From: Scyliorhinus canicula
Lineage: Eukaryota
Assembly: GCF_902713615.1 (NCBI RefSeq)
Contig: NC_052147.1
Coordinates: 78,704,091-78,768,090 of the forward strand
Length of the DNA stretch: 64,000 nucleotides
Direction: 5' to 3'
In this document: piece by piece, positions 61,153 to 64,000 of the stretch
Layout of the letters: the number at the start of each line of letters is the position of its first letter
Numbering within the stretch: the first letter of the stretch is position 1
Notes under the pieces: model-generated
Database searches by the model: none
What the model saw: the letters and a program-made list of their open reading frames with translations, nothing else
What the model was told of the DNA's origin: nothing
Made by a program: the position numbers and the translations under genes

Positions 61153-64000
61153 TGTCAGGTGGATGTACCTTTAAGAAATTAGTGTTTATTAAATAGCTGC
61201 AGTGATGTCAGTGTGTGGGTGGAGCTGGGCTGTCTGCCTGGCTTTTGCTTTCGTTTTCAGCTGGCAGCTGCAGTGAGTTTAGTTTAGTTTTCAGAGTTGG
61301 AGAGCTGCATGTGAACCAAGCAGATGTGTGTATTGATCTTTCTCTCCACAAGCTAAAGAATGTCTTCAGCTCGTTGATGATTTCAAAGTAATACCTGTTT
61401 CTGTAGAGATTTTTAACCTGTTGTTTTTATTTAAAGAGGGTTTAACTTATGGATGTTGTTTGGGAAGTTATTAAGGGTCATCATTAGAGTACTGTATCTT
61501 TTGGGGTGGTGGTCAGGGTTGGTAGTTGATAAATTATTTACTGTGTGTTTATAAAATGTTAACTGGATTCATAGAATAAACATGGTTTTTGTTTCAAAAT
61601 ACTTTTAGTTCTCTGTTGCATCAGTCCTGTAAAGTGGGCCCTGGTGCTCCCCATAACTTAAACCTATTAAAAGTTGTGGGTCAGGTGAACTCCAAGATAT
61701 ACTTTGGGGTTCACTAAACCCTGGCCCATAATAATCTGGGGGCTCATCCGGGATAAAAATCTATCTTTCGTGATTGGGTTGGTTTTGTGAACTTAAAGGC
61801 TGAGTGGTGAGCATATTTGTGTTTGCTTTTCAGGTGTGTTGTGGACAATGGCCCTTTCAGAGACTCGGACATTTTTGGGGGTGGAGAAAGTCACACGCAG
61901 TACCTTACGAACAGAGACTAAAAAAGGGCTTTTAGATTTTGCAAAAACATTGCAGTTAGCGTTACCTGACGACACACGAAAAGAAGAGGTACTTACGGCA
62001 GTAGCTGAGCATTTAAAATTGCCTTGAGATACAATCTGACTCATTAGAAATGGCAAAAATTCAGTTACAGATTAAACAACTGGAACATGAAAAAGAATTG
62101 AATACAAAATGAGTGAAAAAGAAAGAGTAGTCCTAGCAGAACAACAAGAAAAAGAGAGAGAGAGAGCAAAGGGAAAGAGAGAGAGAGGAAAAAGAAAAAG
62201 AGATAGAGTTTGAACTTCAGAAAATGGCCATGAAACATGACAGTCAGTTAAAATTGGTGGAGGAAAAGGGAAACGTACAGATTGAGGATAGTGATGAGGA
62301 TAAAGAGAAAGAGCATCGGAGTTGAAGGCTTGGTGGGGATCTATTTAAATATGCCCAAGCATTGCCAAGGTTTGATGAGAAGGAGGTAGAAGCCTTTTTC
62401 ATTTCATTTGAGAACATGGCTAAACAAATGAAATGGCCACAGGACATGTGGGTATTACTGATTCAAAAAAAGCTGATAGGTAGGGCTAATGAAGTGTTTG
62501 CATCACTATCAGAAAAGGTATCTGGGACATATGAGGAGGTGAAAAAATCCACCTTAGGTGCATATGAACTAGTGCCTGAAGCCTACAGACAAACATTTAG
62601 AAATTTATGGCAAGAACCTGGTCCTTACATGGAGTTTGAAAGGATCAGAGTAATTTTGATAGGTGGATAAGGGCTTTGAAAATCGTATGAAGCTCTCAGA
62701 TAAATTATACTTTTGGAGGAGTTTAAAAATTCAATTCCAGATGTAGTGAGAACTCATGTGGAAGAGCAGAGGGTTAAAAATGTGAGATTAGCAGCAGAAA
62801 TGCCAGATGATTATGAATTAGTTCATAAATGAAAGCTTAGTTTCCGACATCAGTTTCAACCTGTGACGGATAGAAACTGGGGAAAAGAGAAATACTCAAG
62901 TGGTAAAGGTAAAGGTGATCTGATGGGAGATAATAAGGAGTGTACCATGAGGAGGGTGGGAGTGAAATGAAAAGTTTCAAATGTTTTCACTATAATAAAC
63001 TAGGCCATCTAAAGTCACAGTGTTGGTGGTTGAAGAAAAACACTGGGAAGTCTGGTGTGATAAAACAGAATAAGTCAGTGGGGTTTGTTAAAGTGGTAAA
63101 GGAAAGCCCAAGTGAAGCGAAGGAGGTGCAAAAGATTGTACAACCCAATCAAGAGGTGATTGATAAGAAGGTGCCAGATCTCTGTAAATAATTTACTTGT
63201 GTGGGTCAAGTTTACTCAAGCGTACCAGAAGGAGCAGGTAAAGAAGTCACAATTTTAAGAGGTACGGAAGTTAGTCAATCTTTGATGGTAAGAGATGAGG
63301 AGTTATGTAGTTTGTGAGGAATATTGCCAGAAAAGGTGTCAATATGTGGAATTCAGGGTGAGAAAAAAAGTGTTCAATTGTATAAGGTAAGATTGGAAAG
63401 TCCAGTGAAGAGTGGTGAAGTGGTAGTAGGACTAACAGAGAAACTATCTTGTCCAAGAATACAGTTTATCTTGGGTAATGATAAAGCTGATCGCAGGTGT
63501 GAGTGATGCCTGCTGTGTTTGATAAGCCAGTGGAAAATCAGACACCTGAAGTGTTGAAGGACGAATATCCTGGGATTTTTCCAGATTGTGTATTAACAAG
63601 GTCGCAAAGTCACAGGTTAAGGCCAGAGGAGAAATCAAAGAGTGACGATAAAGTTGAAGTTCAATTATCAGAAACAATTTTTGATCAGATGGTTGGAAAA
63701 GAACAAGAACAGGTGGAGGATGAGGCAGATATTTTTATTTCAGGAAAATTGGCAGAGTTACAACAGAAAGGTATAGAAATAAAACAGATGTATCAGAAAG
63801 CATACACGGAAGAGGAATCTGAGTGTATACCAGAATGCTATTACTGTAAAAATGATATCTTGATGAGGAAATGGAGACCTTTACATATGCAGGCGGATGA
63901 AAAGTGGGCAGAAGTTCATCAAGTGGTATTGCCGATAGGGTATAGAAAGGAGGTCTCGTGAGTAGCACATGAGGTACCAATGGGAGGTCATTTGGGAGTA
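61153..64000 (+). mobile_element. Gmr1-like Ty3/Gypsy retrotransposon (5' LTR, tRNA-Pro PBS, gag, protease, start of integrase); runs off the window
   Basis: LTR about 61153-61733; PBS TGGGGGCTCATCCGGGAT (61737-54); gag ATG 61848, PRFDEKEVEAFFISFE..W, AYELVPEAYRQ.FR, LLEEFKNSIP; knuckle CFH.NKLGHLKSQC; PR ILRGT..SQS; then QVVLP..YR...AHE.PMGGHLGV (integrase zinc finger). Confidence 0.9.

Noticed and set aside
27066-64000. Upstream NPAS3 exon (expected ..[25 protein letters not shown])
   Set aside because: Not found; the intron appears to extend beyond the window.

Overview
Eukaryotic DNA from a cartilaginous fish. The repeat complement (HE1/V-SINEs, DeuSINE, CR1, GC-rich Harbinger MITEs) points to a shark, probably a catshark; the species is an inference. 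The window lies inside an NPAS3-type bHLH-PAS gene on the minus strand. Three coding exons (27065-26872, 26366-26260, 7630-7483) have canonical GT-AG sites and splice in frame to give the end of PAS-A, the linker, PAS-B and PAC. The flanking exons were not found and probably lie outside the window. The rest is intron, densely filled with nested, mostly decayed transposons: CR1, L2-like, RTE and L1/Tx1 LINEs, several SINE types, four Ty3/Gypsy remnants (one Gmr1-like), PIF/Harbinger elements and MITEs, and Penelope-like fragments carrying minimal hammerhead ribozyme motifs. TE-poor islands are candidate conserved enhancers. Almost all entries in the ORF track are spurious or TE fragments. I found no intact novel protein-coding system. 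The most unusual signals are non-coding: three hammerhead families, a perfect 36-bp hairpin, an NRF1/CRE palindrome in a MITE, and SINE tail swapping. Family names are from recognition of motifs, not database searches.
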